From the IMG/VR virus record IMGVR_UViG_3300005077_000021, positions 1-58,029 of that record: DNA of 58,029 nucleotides; one strand, given 5' to 3'. The notes below the pieces were generated by a model. It did no database searches, was not told the DNA's origin, and saw only the letters and a list, made by a program, of their open reading frames with translations. Position numbers and translations under genes: made by a program. The stretch comes from a virus (lineage: Duplodnaviria > Caudoviricetes). Positions 9,211 to 18,272 of the stretch are shown one piece after another (the stretch's first letter is position 1; each line of letters starts with the position of its first letter).

Positions 9211-9229
9211 GCTGAGAGGAGGAACAAAC

Positions 9230-9442
9230 ATGAGAGCGGTAGAAACGGTGATCGGTGGGAAATTGGTCAGGGTTCCTCTGGTGAGGGAGACCCCGCGTTC
9301 GTTCGTGGTGAGGTTCAATGGGAGGGAAGTGAAACGGAAGAAGACGAATCAGTTCATCCCGCTCGGGGAAAGGATCTTCGGTACCACGATCCGTGGTGGA
9401 CATCGGTTCTTCGAGACCGAGGAGACGGAGAGGAGACCGTGA
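9230..9442 (+). CDS. Hypothetical protein
   Basis: GAGGAGG RBS, ATG 9230, coupled to the next ORF. Confidence 0.6.
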   Translation: MRAVETVIGGKLVRVPLVRETPRSFVVRFNGREVKRKKTNQFIPLGERIFGTTIRGGHRFFETEETERRP

Positions 9443-9588
9443 TGGTATTCCGGGTGGAGTTTTGGCTAAGCCCCTGTCATCTTCGGTGGATTCCCAAGTT
9501 CTCCAGCGACTCCCGCATCTACCGAGTGGATTGGCTCTTCCTGGTGCTGGAGTGTTGGATTCTGAAACGCTGGGGGTGGCGGAGATGA
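9439..9588 (+). CDS. Hypothetical Trp-rich small protein
   Basis: GTGA/ATGA overlaps on both sides, AGGAG RBS. Confidence 0.45.
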   Translation: MMVFRVEFWLSPCHLRWIPKFSSDSRIYRVDWLFLVLECWILKRWGWRR

Positions 9589-9956
9589 CTATCAAGATAT
9601 CCTCGGCGAAGGCTAAGGGGAGACGACTTCAGCAGTGGGTGGCCGAAAGAATCTCGGCCATGACTGGGATTCCTTGGGGCCCGGACGAGGAGATCCGTTC
9701 CAGGGAGATGGGGCAGAGTGGGGTGGATGTGGTATTGACGGGAAGGGCCCGAAAGCTCTTCCCGTTTTTCATCGAGTGCAAGGCACAGGAAACCTGGTCG
9801 GTTCCGGCCTGGATCCGCCAGGCCAAGGCGAACGCCGATAGCCCGATGTGGTTGCTTGTTTGCAAGAGGAATCGGGAGGATCCGGTGGTGATGCTGGATG
9901 CCGGGATCTTCTTTGATCTTGTCGAATTGAGAGGGAGAGGAGGGCTCGGGGAATGA
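9585..9956 (+). CDS. Holliday junction resolvase (PD-(D/E)XK family)
   Basis: SAKAKGRRLQQWV, GVDV, IECKAQE, WIRQA. Confidence 0.8.
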   Translation: MTIKISSAKAKGRRLQQWVAERISAMTGIPWGPDEEIRSREMGQSGVDVVLTGRARKLFPFFIECKAQETWSVPAWIRQAKANADSPMWLLVCKRNREDPVVMLDAGIFFDLVELRGRGGLGE

Positions 9957-10186
9957 TTCTGGATAGCTTCTCGAACGAGTTGGGGGGGATGACGGCCGAG
10001 GAGTTGAGGGAGGAAATTGCTAAGCTGATGTTTGGGAGGAGCAGGAAAGATCCGGTGTGCGTCGCGTGTGGATCTCCCAAGATTGGGAGTGACGATTTCA
10101 GGGATGATCTTTCCAGGCAGGAGTTCAGGATCAGCCGTCTGTGTCAGGAGTGTCAGGATTCCGTATTCGAGGTGGATCATGATTGA
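9953..10186 (+). CDS. Small zinc-finger protein
   Basis: CVAC...EFRISRLCQECQD. Confidence 0.6.
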   Translation: MILDSFSNELGGMTAEELREEIAKLMFGRSRKDPVCVACGSPKIGSDDFRDDLSRQEFRISRLCQECQDSVFEVDHD

Positions 10187-11225
10187 GAAGTTGATCGTCA
10201 GGAACTTTCAATCTCATTCCGACACGGAACTTGACTTCGCCAGCGGGGTGAATGTGATTGTCGGCCCGACCGATTCCGGGAAGACCGCTCTCCTGCGGGC
10301 TCTGAATTGGGTGGTTGGCAACCGTCCCCTGGGAACCAGCTTCCGCTCCCGCTGGGGAGGGGATACCGAAGTGAGCCTGGTTACGTCGGAGGGGGAGACC
10401 ATCTGTCGGAGGAGGACCGACAAGGAAAATTCGTATGAGATCGGATCCACGAAACTGAAGGCGATCAAGTCCGATGTTCCAGACGAGGTGTCCTCCGTCC
10501 TTCGGATGAACGAGATCAACCTCCAATCCCAGCATGATCAACCGTTCCTACTCTCCTCCGGATCAGCCGAAGTAGCCCGGGTTCTGAATCGGGTGGCCAA
10601 CCTGGATGATATTGAGGTGGGGCAGAGGGAGGCGAATCGGAGGGTGCGGGAACTCACCGGGCAAATCTCCCGCTCCCAGGAGGAGGTGACCGAGCTGTCG
10701 AAGCGGCTGAACGAGTTCAAAGACCTCGATTCGTGGGAAGAGACCATGAGGGGGATTGAGGGAATCGTGGCGGATGTGGACAGTGGAAGAAGTCGGCTAG
10801 CCGGGTTGCTCCTTCTGAAGAACGAGGTGGGGGTCTTCGGGGCGGAGGAGGAGAAGGTCCGGGGATGGTTGCAGAAGGTTGAACCGGTGGCCAAGGAGGC
10901 CATGGACCTATTCATTCACACCCGGGAGGTGGACTCTCGGAGGGAGACTATCCGTGGTCTCCTGCACGGGTATCAGCAATGTCTTGAGGAGTGGGAGGGA
11001 AGGGCCTGGGTGGATGAGTCTCTGGGTTCCATCGATGTCGGGGTGGTCCTCTCCACGAAGATCACGAACGATGAATCGGAGCTTGATTACCTAGTCAGGA
11101 TGGTGGGGGAGATCCGCAAGCTTCGGCAGGAGGAGGAGAGACTCGAAGTGATCGAAGATGAGTTGATCAAGGAATTCACCGACCGGATGCCGGAGGTGTG
11201 TCCGCTGTGTGGGAGGAGCGGGTGA
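10179..11225 (+). CDS. sbcC: SbcC/Rad50-like ATPase, N-terminal half with zinc hook
   Basis: IEKLIVRNFQSH, Walker A GPTDSGKT, Q-loop QSQHD, coiled coil, ends in CPLCG. Confidence 0.85.
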   Translation: MIEKLIVRNFQSHSDTELDFASGVNVIVGPTDSGKTALLRALNWVVGNRPLGTSFRSRWGGDTEVSLVTSEGETICRRRTDKENSYEIGSTKLKAIKSDVPDEVSSVLRMNEINLQSQHDQPFLLSSGSAEVARVLNRVANLDDIEVGQREANRRVRELTGQISRSQEEVTELSKRLNEFKDLDSWEETMRGIEGIVADVDSGRSRLAGLLLLKNEVGVFGAEEEKVRGWLQKVEPVAKEAMDLFIHTREVDSRRETIRGLLHGYQQCLEEWEGRAWVDESLGSIDVGVVLSTKITNDESELDYLVRMVGEIRKLRQEEERLEVIEDELIKEFTDRMPEVCPLCGRSG

Positions 11226-12232
11226 TGCCCAGAACAATCACGATCCAGAAGAAGGAGGGGATGGGACGCCGGGAGGATGATCCGGTTACCGCTATTCTCT
11301 GTTCCGATCTCCACCTCCGGGATGATGTTCCCAGATGCCGTCTCGATGACAACTACTTCGAGACCCAGATGCAGAAGCTCCGGTTCATCGTCGATCTTTC
11401 CCGATCCTTCCGATGCCCGATTCTTTGCGGTGGGGATGTGTTCGACTGGTGGAAGGTTTCCCCCAACCTCCTGAACAGGACCATCCGGATTCTCAGGATG
11501 GGGCAGGAGTGGTTCGCTGTCCCCGGTCAGCATGATCTCCCCAGACATAACCTCTCCCTGGTCGAGAAGGCGGGAATCTGGAACCTGGTCTATGGGGGGA
11601 TGGGGGGATTCACCACCATCCTGGACCCCTCCCAGGATGAGATCATCCATCATCCAAGGGGGGACATTTCCATCCGAGGGGTTCCCTATGGGGGGGAACC
11701 TGGGGACGCAAGGAAACCCCCTTCTCGTGCGTCTGGAGCGATTTTCAGGAGGGTGGTTATCCTGCATCGGCTCTGCTACAGGGAGGCTCCCCCCTACCCT
11801 GGGGCCCCAGCCGATGGGAAAGCCGGTTGGTTCTTCAAAACTCTCCCGGAGGCAGACCTGATCCTGACCGGGGACAATCACCAGCAGTTCACCATGACGG
11901 AGGTGGGAAGGCTTCTTGTAAACCCGGGGTCCATGATGAGGATGTCGGCCGATCAAGTGGATCACCATCCGGGGGTCTTCCTCTGGAAGGCTGGGACCAA
12001 TACCGTGGAGCGGGTGGAGATCCCTCACATGACCACGGACATCTCCAGGGAACACCTTGAAGATCGGGAGAAGCGGGATGCCCGCATCGAGGCTTTTGTA
12101 TCCCGGCTCACCGGGACATACGAGGTGGAGGTGAATTTCCGGGAGAATCTGAAGAGGCATCTCTCGGCAAACCGGATCCCCAGATTGATTGCTGAAGCAG
12201 TCTGGGATTTCGTGGGGGGGAATCATGACTGA
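11225..12232 (+). CDS. sbcD: SbcD/Mre11-like nuclease
   Basis: SDLH, GGDVFD, PGQHD, TGDNH, NPGSMMR; TGATG coupling. Confidence 0.85.
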   Translation: MPRTITIQKKEGMGRREDDPVTAILCSDLHLRDDVPRCRLDDNYFETQMQKLRFIVDLSRSFRCPILCGGDVFDWWKVSPNLLNRTIRILRMGQEWFAVPGQHDLPRHNLSLVEKAGIWNLVYGGMGGFTTILDPSQDEIIHHPRGDISIRGVPYGGEPGDARKPPSRASGAIFRRVVILHRLCYREAPPYPGAPADGKAGWFFKTLPEADLILTGDNHQQFTMTEVGRLLVNPGSMMRMSADQVDHHPGVFLWKAGTNTVERVEIPHMTTDISREHLEDREKRDARIEAFVSRLTGTYEVEVNFRENLKRHLSANRIPRLIAEAVWDFVGGNHD

Positions 12233-12473
12233 TCTGCTGGAGAAGAGGCTGTTGAAGATCAAAGGGGAGATTGAAGAGGCCAAGGAACGGAGGAGCAGGG
12301 CGAAGGGAAAATTGGAAGCCGCCTTGGAGCGGCTCCGGGGGGAGTTCAGCTGTCAGAACGAGGAGGAGGCCCAGACAAAGATTGATCGCCTGGAGGATGA
12401 ACTCCAGGCGAACCGGAAGAAACTCCAACTCCTTGTCGAGAAGCTGGAGAAGGATCTGAGGAGTTTTACTTAG
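12225..12473 (+). CDS. Short coiled-coil protein (probable SbcC-associated segment)
   Basis: Entirely heptad-like, lies between sbcD and the SbcC C-half. Confidence 0.6.
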   Translation: MTDLLEKRLLKIKGEIEEAKERRSRAKGKLEAALERLRGEFSCQNEEEAQTKIDRLEDELQANRKKLQLLVEKLEKDLRSFT

Positions 12474-12494
12474 CATAGTGGGGGACGATCAATC

Positions 12495-12830
12495 ATGGAC
12501 GGGAACAACCGGCTGAATGATATTGAGGCGAGGCGCTCGTATTGGTACGCCAGGATAGGTAGCGAGTTTCACGAGGCCTCCGAGGACATCCGCTACCTGC
12601 TGGACCGGGTGAGGGCCGTGGAGGAGCAGAACGCGAGGATGAAGGCCGCGGCGTATGACTTTCTGATGAGCAAGTTGCACGCAGATGTTGCGAGATACCG
12701 CGAGGCCCTGGAGTGGTACAGACAGATCGTGCGCCGGCTTGGGGGGGCGGTGAGCGGGGACGAAAAAAGCCTGGACCTACTGTACGACGACCTGGGCGAC
12801 CGCGCCCGCAAGGCGCTGGGGAGGGAGTGA
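12495..12830 (+). CDS. Hypothetical protein (inserted, coiled-coil)
   Basis: LNDIEARR...EDIRYLLDRV pattern; visibly more GCG/CGC codons than neighbours. Confidence 0.6.
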   Translation: MDGNNRLNDIEARRSYWYARIGSEFHEASEDIRYLLDRVRAVEEQNARMKAAAYDFLMSKLHADVARYREALEWYRQIVRRLGGAVSGDEKSLDLLYDDLGDRARKALGRE

Positions 12831-12831
12831 G

Positions 12832-13560
12832 ATGGAACCGGCGGATCTCCGGAGGATGATCAATCGACTGCAGGGACAGCGGCAGGAGGTTCTCAACAAT
12901 CTTCGGGATTGTGAGAGGAGATTGGAAGAGAGCAAGAGGAACCTCTCCAGGGCAGAGAAGGCCCGGGCGATTATCCAGCTGGTCGCCCAGGAGACACAGA
13001 AGCAACTGGAATTTCACATCAATGATTTGGTGACCATGGCTTTGTCAATCGTGTTTGACGACCCCTATGAATTGGCGGTTCGGTTCGAGGAGAGGAGGGG
13101 GAAGACCGAAGCCGATCTCCTGTTCCTGCGAGGCGGGGAACTGATTGACCCGATGGGGGAGAGCGGGGGAGGGGCTGTTGATGTGGCTGCGTTCGCCCTC
13201 CGGGTGGCGATGTGGGTTCTTCAGAAGCCCAGGACCAGGAACACATTCATTCTGGATGAGCCCTTCCGTTTCGTCTCCAGGGATATTCAGCCCAAGGCCA
13301 GCGAGATGTTGCGGCGGATCAGCGAACAGTTGGGGATTCAGATCATCATGGTGAGTCATTCGGAGGATCTCATTGAATGCGCACATCGGGTGTTCCGCGT
13401 GGGCCAGAAGAGTGGAGTGAGTCGGGTGGAGGTTGGAGAAGGAAACAGTGGGGGTGGCCGAAGGGAAGGGGAAGAGATCCGACCGCAACAAAGAAGAAAC
13501 AAAAACCCAGACGATTCAAGACCAACTCCTGGCCGAACGAAGAGACCGCTGGGAAGTTAG
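12832..13560 (+). CDS. sbcC: SbcC/Rad50-like ATPase, C-terminal half
   Basis: Coiled coil, then ABC signature-like ESGGG, Walker B ILDEPF, H-loop MVSH. Confidence 0.85.
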   Translation: MEPADLRRMINRLQGQRQEVLNNLRDCERRLEESKRNLSRAEKARAIIQLVAQETQKQLEFHINDLVTMALSIVFDDPYELAVRFEERRGKTEADLLFLRGGELIDPMGESGGGAVDVAAFALRVAMWVLQKPRTRNTFILDEPFRFVSRDIQPKASEMLRRISEQLGIQIIMVSHSEDLIECAHRVFRVGQKSGVSRVEVGEGNSGGGRREGEEIRPQQRRNKNPDDSRPTPGRTKRPLGS

Positions 13561-13635
13561 AGAGGTTCCTCCGCGAGGAGTTAAAAAGGAATATCACACG
13601 TACTGAGAGAGATGTTCTCATAGAGGTGCTTGCAG

Positions 13636-13989
13636 ATGTCGAAGGATTTTTGCGCGGTTCTTTTATTCTCCCTCCTGGTGGGTTGTGATCACTCCATCAC
13701 GGTGACCGGGACACCCCCGGAATTTTACTCCACCAGGGATTGTTTGGAACTCTCCTCCAGGAGGATAGATGTTCCACTGACTTTTGAGATAGAGCTTACC
13801 GACCTTTCAGATGGTTCCATCCGGACGACCTTCTCCGATATCCCGACAGTGATCTTCCAGGACTTGATTGAGGGGAGGGAATATTCGGTAAGAATGAGGG
13901 CCCTCCCTCCAGAAGGAGGGGTTGTTGGTTGTTGGAGTGATTCTCTTGAGTTCATCTATTCAACAGAAACGGGAGGAGGGGAAAAGTGA
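13636..13989 (+). CDS. Putative lipoprotein with fibronectin-III-like domain
   Basis: Lipobox LLVG|C after a hydrophobic stretch; FQDLIEGREYSVRMRA...WSD is FN3-like. Confidence 0.5.
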   Translation: MSKDFCAVLLFSLLVGCDHSITVTGTPPEFYSTRDCLELSSRRIDVPLTFEIELTDLSDGSIRTTFSDIPTVIFQDLIEGREYSVRMRALPPEGGVVGCWSDSLEFIYSTETGGGEK

Positions 13990-14243
13990 AGCGGATGATG
14001 AGCACGGTGGAGATAGCCTATCTATACGATCTCTCCCCGGATGATGTGATCGCCCTCTGTCGAGTGGGGAAAATCAAAGCCAGAAAGGAGGGGAAGTATT
14101 GGAGGGTGCATCCAATGGCAGCAAAGAAGTTCTTCTCGGAGCACGAGCACCAAAGACGGTGGGGATGGGTGAAGAAGGAAAAAGAAAAGGAAAAGGAAAG
14201 GAGACGACAATGGGCTGGTGGCAAAACGTGGTGGATGCTTTGA
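13986..14243 (+). CDS. Excisionase-like HTH protein
   Basis: MSTVEIAYLYDLSPDDVIALCRVGKIKARKEGKYWRV. Confidence 0.7.
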   Translation: MKRMMSTVEIAYLYDLSPDDVIALCRVGKIKARKEGKYWRVHPMAAKKFFSEHEHQRRWGWVKKEKEKEKERRRQWAGGKTWWML

Positions 14244-14569
14244 CCAAGGTGTATGAGTGGTTCAATTCGGAGAAGGGACAGGAGACCATTGCCAACATCG
14301 GCAAGGCCATTGCCATCATCGTTCAGGTGATTGGGGCCATGAACGAGGAGCCGACCAACGAACGGAAGCGGGATCTCGTCCGGCAGATGTTGAACTGGTT
14401 GAAGTATGCCGACCCCCAGGACTTGGCAATGCTTCTGGAGATCAAGAATACAGGGGCCCTCGATGATCTCACTCCGGAGGAGATGGATCTCCAATGCGGG
14501 ATTGTGACCGGAGCCTTTGTGAAGGAACGGAGAGAGAGATCCCATGAGAAAGAAGGGGAGGGGGAATAG
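14210..14569 (+). CDS. Hypothetical protein
   Basis: AAGGAG RBS, ATG 14210. Confidence 0.6.
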   Translation: MGWWQNVVDALTKVYEWFNSEKGQETIANIGKAIAIIVQVIGAMNEEPTNERKRDLVRQMLNWLKYADPQDLAMLLEIKNTGALDDLTPEEMDLQCGIVTGAFVKERRERSHEKEGEGE

Positions 14570-14807
14570 TGGGTTTGTTGATCGGGTCTTCCGATTGAAG
14601 CAGATCGGATTGCGGGTTCGAGATGGAGAGGTGGAGTCAAGGTGTTGTAGTTGTGGGGGGCATTTCCGGGTTTCTTCGGGGGAGGTGTTTACATACTTGG
14701 ATCGGGGAGTGCTCCCTCTATGTCCGGGTTGTATGTTGGAGAGGTTCAGGGCGCATCTCCTTCTCCGTCTGGACGAAGACAGCAGCACATCCAGCACTAT
14801 CAATTAA
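14544..14807 (+). CDS. Zinc-finger protein
   Basis: CCSCGG...LCPGC. Confidence 0.5.
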   Translation: MRKKGRGNSGFVDRVFRLKQIGLRVRDGEVESRCCSCGGHFRVSSGEVFTYLDRGVLPLCPGCMLERFRAHLLLRLDEDSSTSSTIN

Positions 14808-14845
14808 AGATGGGGCCCGGGTTTCTCTCTCGGGCCCCATCTTTA
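14805..14845 (+). promoter_or_regulatory. Hairpin abutting the thyA ribosome-binding site
   Basis: 15-bp perfect inverted repeat TAAAGATGGGGCCCG / CGGGCCCCATCTTTA ending at AGGAGG. Confidence 0.55.
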
Positions 14846-14856
14846 GGAGGGGGTCG

Positions 14857-15525
14857 ATGTACTGGATAAAGGGGCGAACGATCAACGAAGCTTGGTTCCG
14901 GACGATCATGGAATGCCTCCGGAGCGGGGAGGAGTACATCATCGATCAGGGTGAATACCAAGGTCAGAAACGTAAGGAGATCGCCGCGGTTGTGGAGATC
15001 ACCTCCCCAGGGATTCGCCCCCTGGCGGCGAGTCTCCCCAGGATCATCCCGACCACGGATCAGGACATCGAGGACTATTTTCACAATTACCTCATGAGCC
15101 TGGAGAAATCCAAAAACGAGACTTACCGATACGGGCACTGGATCGCTCCCGCGTGGGAACGATGCTGTGAACTTCTGGCCAAGGGGGATGGTGGATGTAA
15201 TCAGGCAACCATCAGCCTCGGTTCAGGCCCGGGCGGATTCGACCTCTTCGGAGGGCATCCACCCTGTCTCCGATTGATTGACATGAGACTCTCCAGGGGG
15301 AACGTCCTGCACTTCTATCTGTACTTCCGATCCTGGGATCTCATAGCCGGGTTCCCGGAGAATCTTGGTGGGATCCAGATGTTGAAGGAACTCTGCGGGG
15401 CCTGGATTTCCGGGGTCAGTGGGAAGTCGGTGAAGGATGGATCCATCGTGGCCATCAGCAAGGGGATTCACATCTACGATCATTTTTGGGATCTCGTGGC
15501 TGAGTATGCTGGGGAGGAGAAGTGA
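14857..15525 (+). CDS. thyA: Thymidylate synthase-family protein (short, archaeal-like type)
   Basis: YRYG, catalytic PPCLR, FRSWDLIAGFPEN, GIHIYD. Confidence 0.8.
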   Translation: MYWIKGRTINEAWFRTIMECLRSGEEYIIDQGEYQGQKRKEIAAVVEITSPGIRPLAASLPRIIPTTDQDIEDYFHNYLMSLEKSKNETYRYGHWIAPAWERCCELLAKGDGGCNQATISLGSGPGGFDLFGGHPPCLRLIDMRLSRGNVLHFYLYFRSWDLIAGFPENLGGIQMLKELCGAWISGVSGKSVKDGSIVAISKGIHIYDHFWDLVAEYAGEEK

Positions 15526-15857
15526 TGGACAAACTCATCTATTCATGCCATCGGTGCGGGAAGACCCTCTCCTACCACAATCTCCTGATCGAGGAAGGGG
15601 GGGATCGGGTGATCTGTCGGTCATGTCTCAATCGGATGATCTGGAGGAGGGCCGAGATCGAAGACTTCGTTCACGGAGTTGTCGGGGTTCTGTTCACCTT
15701 GTTCATCATCTGGGCCCTTCTCCAGTTGGGGGGATGCGGGGATCTCGCAAGGAAGGATGGGGAAGAGTGTTGGTGCGTTCAGTATCACTGTTACACGTGG
15801 TTGGATGGGTCGGAGCGGTGTGATTGTCTCCGAGAGGAATGCGTCTCGATTCTGTGA
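15522..15857 (+). CDS. Cys-rich membrane protein
   Basis: CHRC..CRSC, one TM segment, Cys-rich C-terminus. Confidence 0.5.
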   Translation: MMDKLIYSCHRCGKTLSYHNLLIEEGGDRVICRSCLNRMIWRRAEIEDFVHGVVGVLFTLFIIWALLQLGGCGDLARKDGEECWCVQYHCYTWLDGSERCDCLREECVSIL

Positions 15858-15881
15858 TGGATCTCTTGAGGAGGAGATACC

Positions 15882-16301
15882 ATGATCAAGGAGTATCTGT
15901 TTTCAGGAACGACGAAGGATGGACGGAAGATCGTCTTCAAGCGGAAGATCGGGGATTCGGTGGAGGAGAATCAGGCGTTGTTCGGGAAGGAGGAGATGGA
16001 TCGGTTCACCAGGAACGCCCTCAAGTCGAAGGCCCAGCAGTTTGTTTCTTCTTGTGTCTTGAACGACTGGACCCAGGAGGAGATCCGGTTTGTCTGGGAA
16101 ATCTGGAAGCCGGACCGGAAAAACTTTCGTCCTGGAATGAAGCGGACCAGGAGGAGGGGGAAGACCTGGGAGATGATGCGGGATCAGATCAGGAACGAGA
16201 TCAAGGGAGAACTCAAGAAGGAATTGATTGCGGAACTCACCAGCAAGGCGGATGTCGGTGAAGTGGTTACCATGGTCCCTCTCGCGGGGATAATTGATTG
16301 A
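15882..16301 (+). CDS. Hypothetical protein
   Basis: GAGGAGG RBS; fills the gap before queE. Confidence 0.6.
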   Translation: MIKEYLFSGTTKDGRKIVFKRKIGDSVEENQALFGKEEMDRFTRNALKSKAQQFVSSCVLNDWTQEEIRFVWEIWKPDRKNFRPGMKRTRRRGKTWEMMRDQIRNEIKGELKKELIAELTSKADVGEVVTMVPLAGIID

Positions 16302-16314
16302 TTGGAGGAGCTTC

Positions 16315-17010
16315 ATGGAAAATCGTTTGTGTCTATACTCAATCTTTCAGAGCATTCATGGTGAAGTGAACCACCTCGGGCAGGGAACCCCGGCCACGTT
16401 CATTCGGTTTCGTGGGTGCAACCTTTCCTGCACCTATTGTGATACGAGATACGCCAATGTGAAAGGATCCAGGGATGAAGTTCATGTTCTCCCGGAGGAG
16501 GTGGCAAATACGGTGATGGCTCTCGGGTGCCGGAACGTCATGATAACCGGAGGGGAGCCCCTCCTCCAGATGGACGGACTGCAAGAGCTTGTGAACCTTT
16601 TGTGGAGGGGTGGGTGCTCGATTGCGATAGAGACCAATGGGAGTTTTGTGGTTCCGGAGGACATCCTCTCGAAGGTGGAATGTGTGGTGATGGACTACAA
16701 GATGCCGAGTAGCGGGATGGAATCCCGCATGAACATGGAAGCTTTTGATGCTTCCTTGTGTCCGACCGACTTTGTGAAGATGGTGATTTCTTCCGAGGAG
16801 GAGTTCAAGTATGCTTTGGAGGTGAAGGAAAGAATTCTTTCTGCTGGGGGTCTCCCCAAGTTTGCCATCTCCGCAGTGAAGGATCGGATCTCCCCGGCAG
16901 AGATTTCCGACTTGATCATCAATGGCAAGCATTGGGATTTGGTGTTGAATGTCCAACTCCATAAGATGGTCTGGCCGAACAATTTGGGGGGGAATCAGGT
17001 AGAAAGGTGA
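16315..17010 (+). CDS. queE: 7-carboxy-7-deazaguanine synthase (radical SAM)
   Basis: IFQSIHGE..GTPATFIRFRGCNLSCTYCDT, ITGGEPLLQ, IETNGS, MDYKMPSS, NVQLHK. Confidence 0.9.
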   Translation: MENRLCLYSIFQSIHGEVNHLGQGTPATFIRFRGCNLSCTYCDTRYANVKGSRDEVHVLPEEVANTVMALGCRNVMITGGEPLLQMDGLQELVNLLWRGGCSIAIETNGSFVVPEDILSKVECVVMDYKMPSSGMESRMNMEAFDASLCPTDFVKMVISSEEEFKYALEVKERILSAGGLPKFAISAVKDRISPAEISDLIINGKHWDLVLNVQLHKMVWPNNLGGNQVER

Positions 17011-17226
17011 TATAGTCGGCTTGGGAAGATTGGAAACTATGATAGGATTAGGGGAGATGTATGGGGAAGATCAGTCGGAAGATCAGCCGGAGGGTTCGTT
17101 GGTTGGTTTCAGCGATCAAGCGTCGGTCTTTCATCGGTTCATGGAAGATTCGTCCAAGTTTCAAGATTCTGGATCCGAAGAAAGATCCTTGTTACCTTCA
17201 CCGGGAAGAAAGGAGGTGAGGTAAGA

Positions 17227-17454
17227 TTGCCTGGGTTCAGATGGACAGATGAAGAGAAGAGGGTTCTTCACCTTGTTGTGGAGAATGGTGGGACGGTGGA
17301 GGAGGCTGCGGCAATTCTTTCTCACAGAAACCGATGCGGGATTGAATCTCAGTTACGTAGGTTGGGGCTTCCACTCGCGTTCTCTGGGCGGGGCCCCGGA
17401 CCGGAAGTGAACGAAACTGAATTGAAGAAGTTTCTTGAGATCAGGAAGGTCTGA
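17227..17454 (+). CDS. Small Myb/HTH-like protein
   Basis: RWTDEEKRVL...EAAAILSHRNRCGI; AGGAGGT RBS with TTG start. Confidence 0.55.
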   Translation: MPGFRWTDEEKRVLHLVVENGGTVEEAAAILSHRNRCGIESQLRRLGLPLAFSGRGPGPEVNETELKKFLEIRKV

Positions 17455-17455
17455 G

Positions 17456-18256
17456 ATGCCCAGAAGAGAAAAGGCGAGACTGATTGTGGTTTCTGATACT
17501 CATGTGGGTAGTGAGTTTGCGGTGTGCCCCAAGCGGTTCAAGACCAAACATGGGGGGGAGATTGGGGCTTCCTACGCTCAAAAGAAACTTCGATCCTATT
17601 GGGAGGATTTCATCGTCAAGGTCAAACCTACCGACAAGGACTACCTGGTCTTGGTCGGGGATCTTTGCGAGGGTCCGAACCACAAAGAATTCGGGAAGAA
17701 CCTGACCACCGCCAACTTGACCGACCAGGTGGAGATGGCCCTCCTTTTGTTGAAACCATTCGTGGAAGCCAGGTGTCGAATCTTCGGGGTGGTGGGTTCC
17801 AACTACCACGGTGGGGAGAAGATGCCCTTGGATGAGGTGGTGATCAAGAGGCTTGGGGGAACCTGCTTCGGAAAGATGGCGAACTTGGAAATCGCCGACA
17901 CCGGGAAGGTGATTCAGATTCGCCACGGGGCTGGGGGACTCCCGAAAAGCCCGGCCCAGAAGCTGGAGGTGGAACATTCCGAATTGATCCAGGCCGAGCG
18001 AGATGGTTTCTACGAAAGACACATCGATGTGCTGATCAAAGGACATCTCCACGTGTTCCGATCCCTTGATGTGGCTGATCGGCTCCTGATCCAGGCCCCG
18101 GCATGGAAAGGGTGGTTCCCATACAAGGATGGTTGGGGGAAGTTCATTCGGAGACCCGGGGGATGTGTGATCTATCTGGAGAAGGGGAGGCACCCCACCG
18201 CAGAGAAACATCTTTATCCTTATGTGCCGGTGTACGACAGTTTGAAGAAGGTTTGA
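17456..18256 (+). CDS. Calcineurin-like metallophosphoesterase
   Basis: SDTHVG, GDLCEG, GSNYH, RHG, GHLH. Confidence 0.8.
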   Translation: MPRREKARLIVVSDTHVGSEFAVCPKRFKTKHGGEIGASYAQKKLRSYWEDFIVKVKPTDKDYLVLVGDLCEGPNHKEFGKNLTTANLTDQVEMALLLLKPFVEARCRIFGVVGSNYHGGEKMPLDEVVIKRLGGTCFGKMANLEIADTGKVIQIRHGAGGLPKSPAQKLEVEHSELIQAERDGFYERHIDVLIKGHLHVFRSLDVADRLLIQAPAWKGWFPYKDGWGKFIRRPGGCVIYLEKGRHPTAEKHLYPYVPVYDSLKKV

Positions 18257-18272
18257 ATGGAAGGAGGAGGAG

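Noticed and set aside
13986-14243. Excisionase implying a prophage/integration module
   Set aside because: No integrase, repressor pair or att-like boundary in the window; a stand-alone HTH is common in lytic phages.
14210-14569. LL-H-type holin
   Set aside because: Only a vague resemblance, a weak hydrophobic segment, and far from the endolysin.
14857-15525. dCMP hydroxymethylase feeding DNA glycosylation by the GTs
   Set aside because: The specificity residue is Asn (FPEN), not Asp, and the GTs sit in the structural operon rather than with replication genes.
17021-17224. Small gene between queE and the HTH gene
   Set aside because: Two competing frames (to 17224, or 17061-17219) and no way to choose between them from sequence alone.
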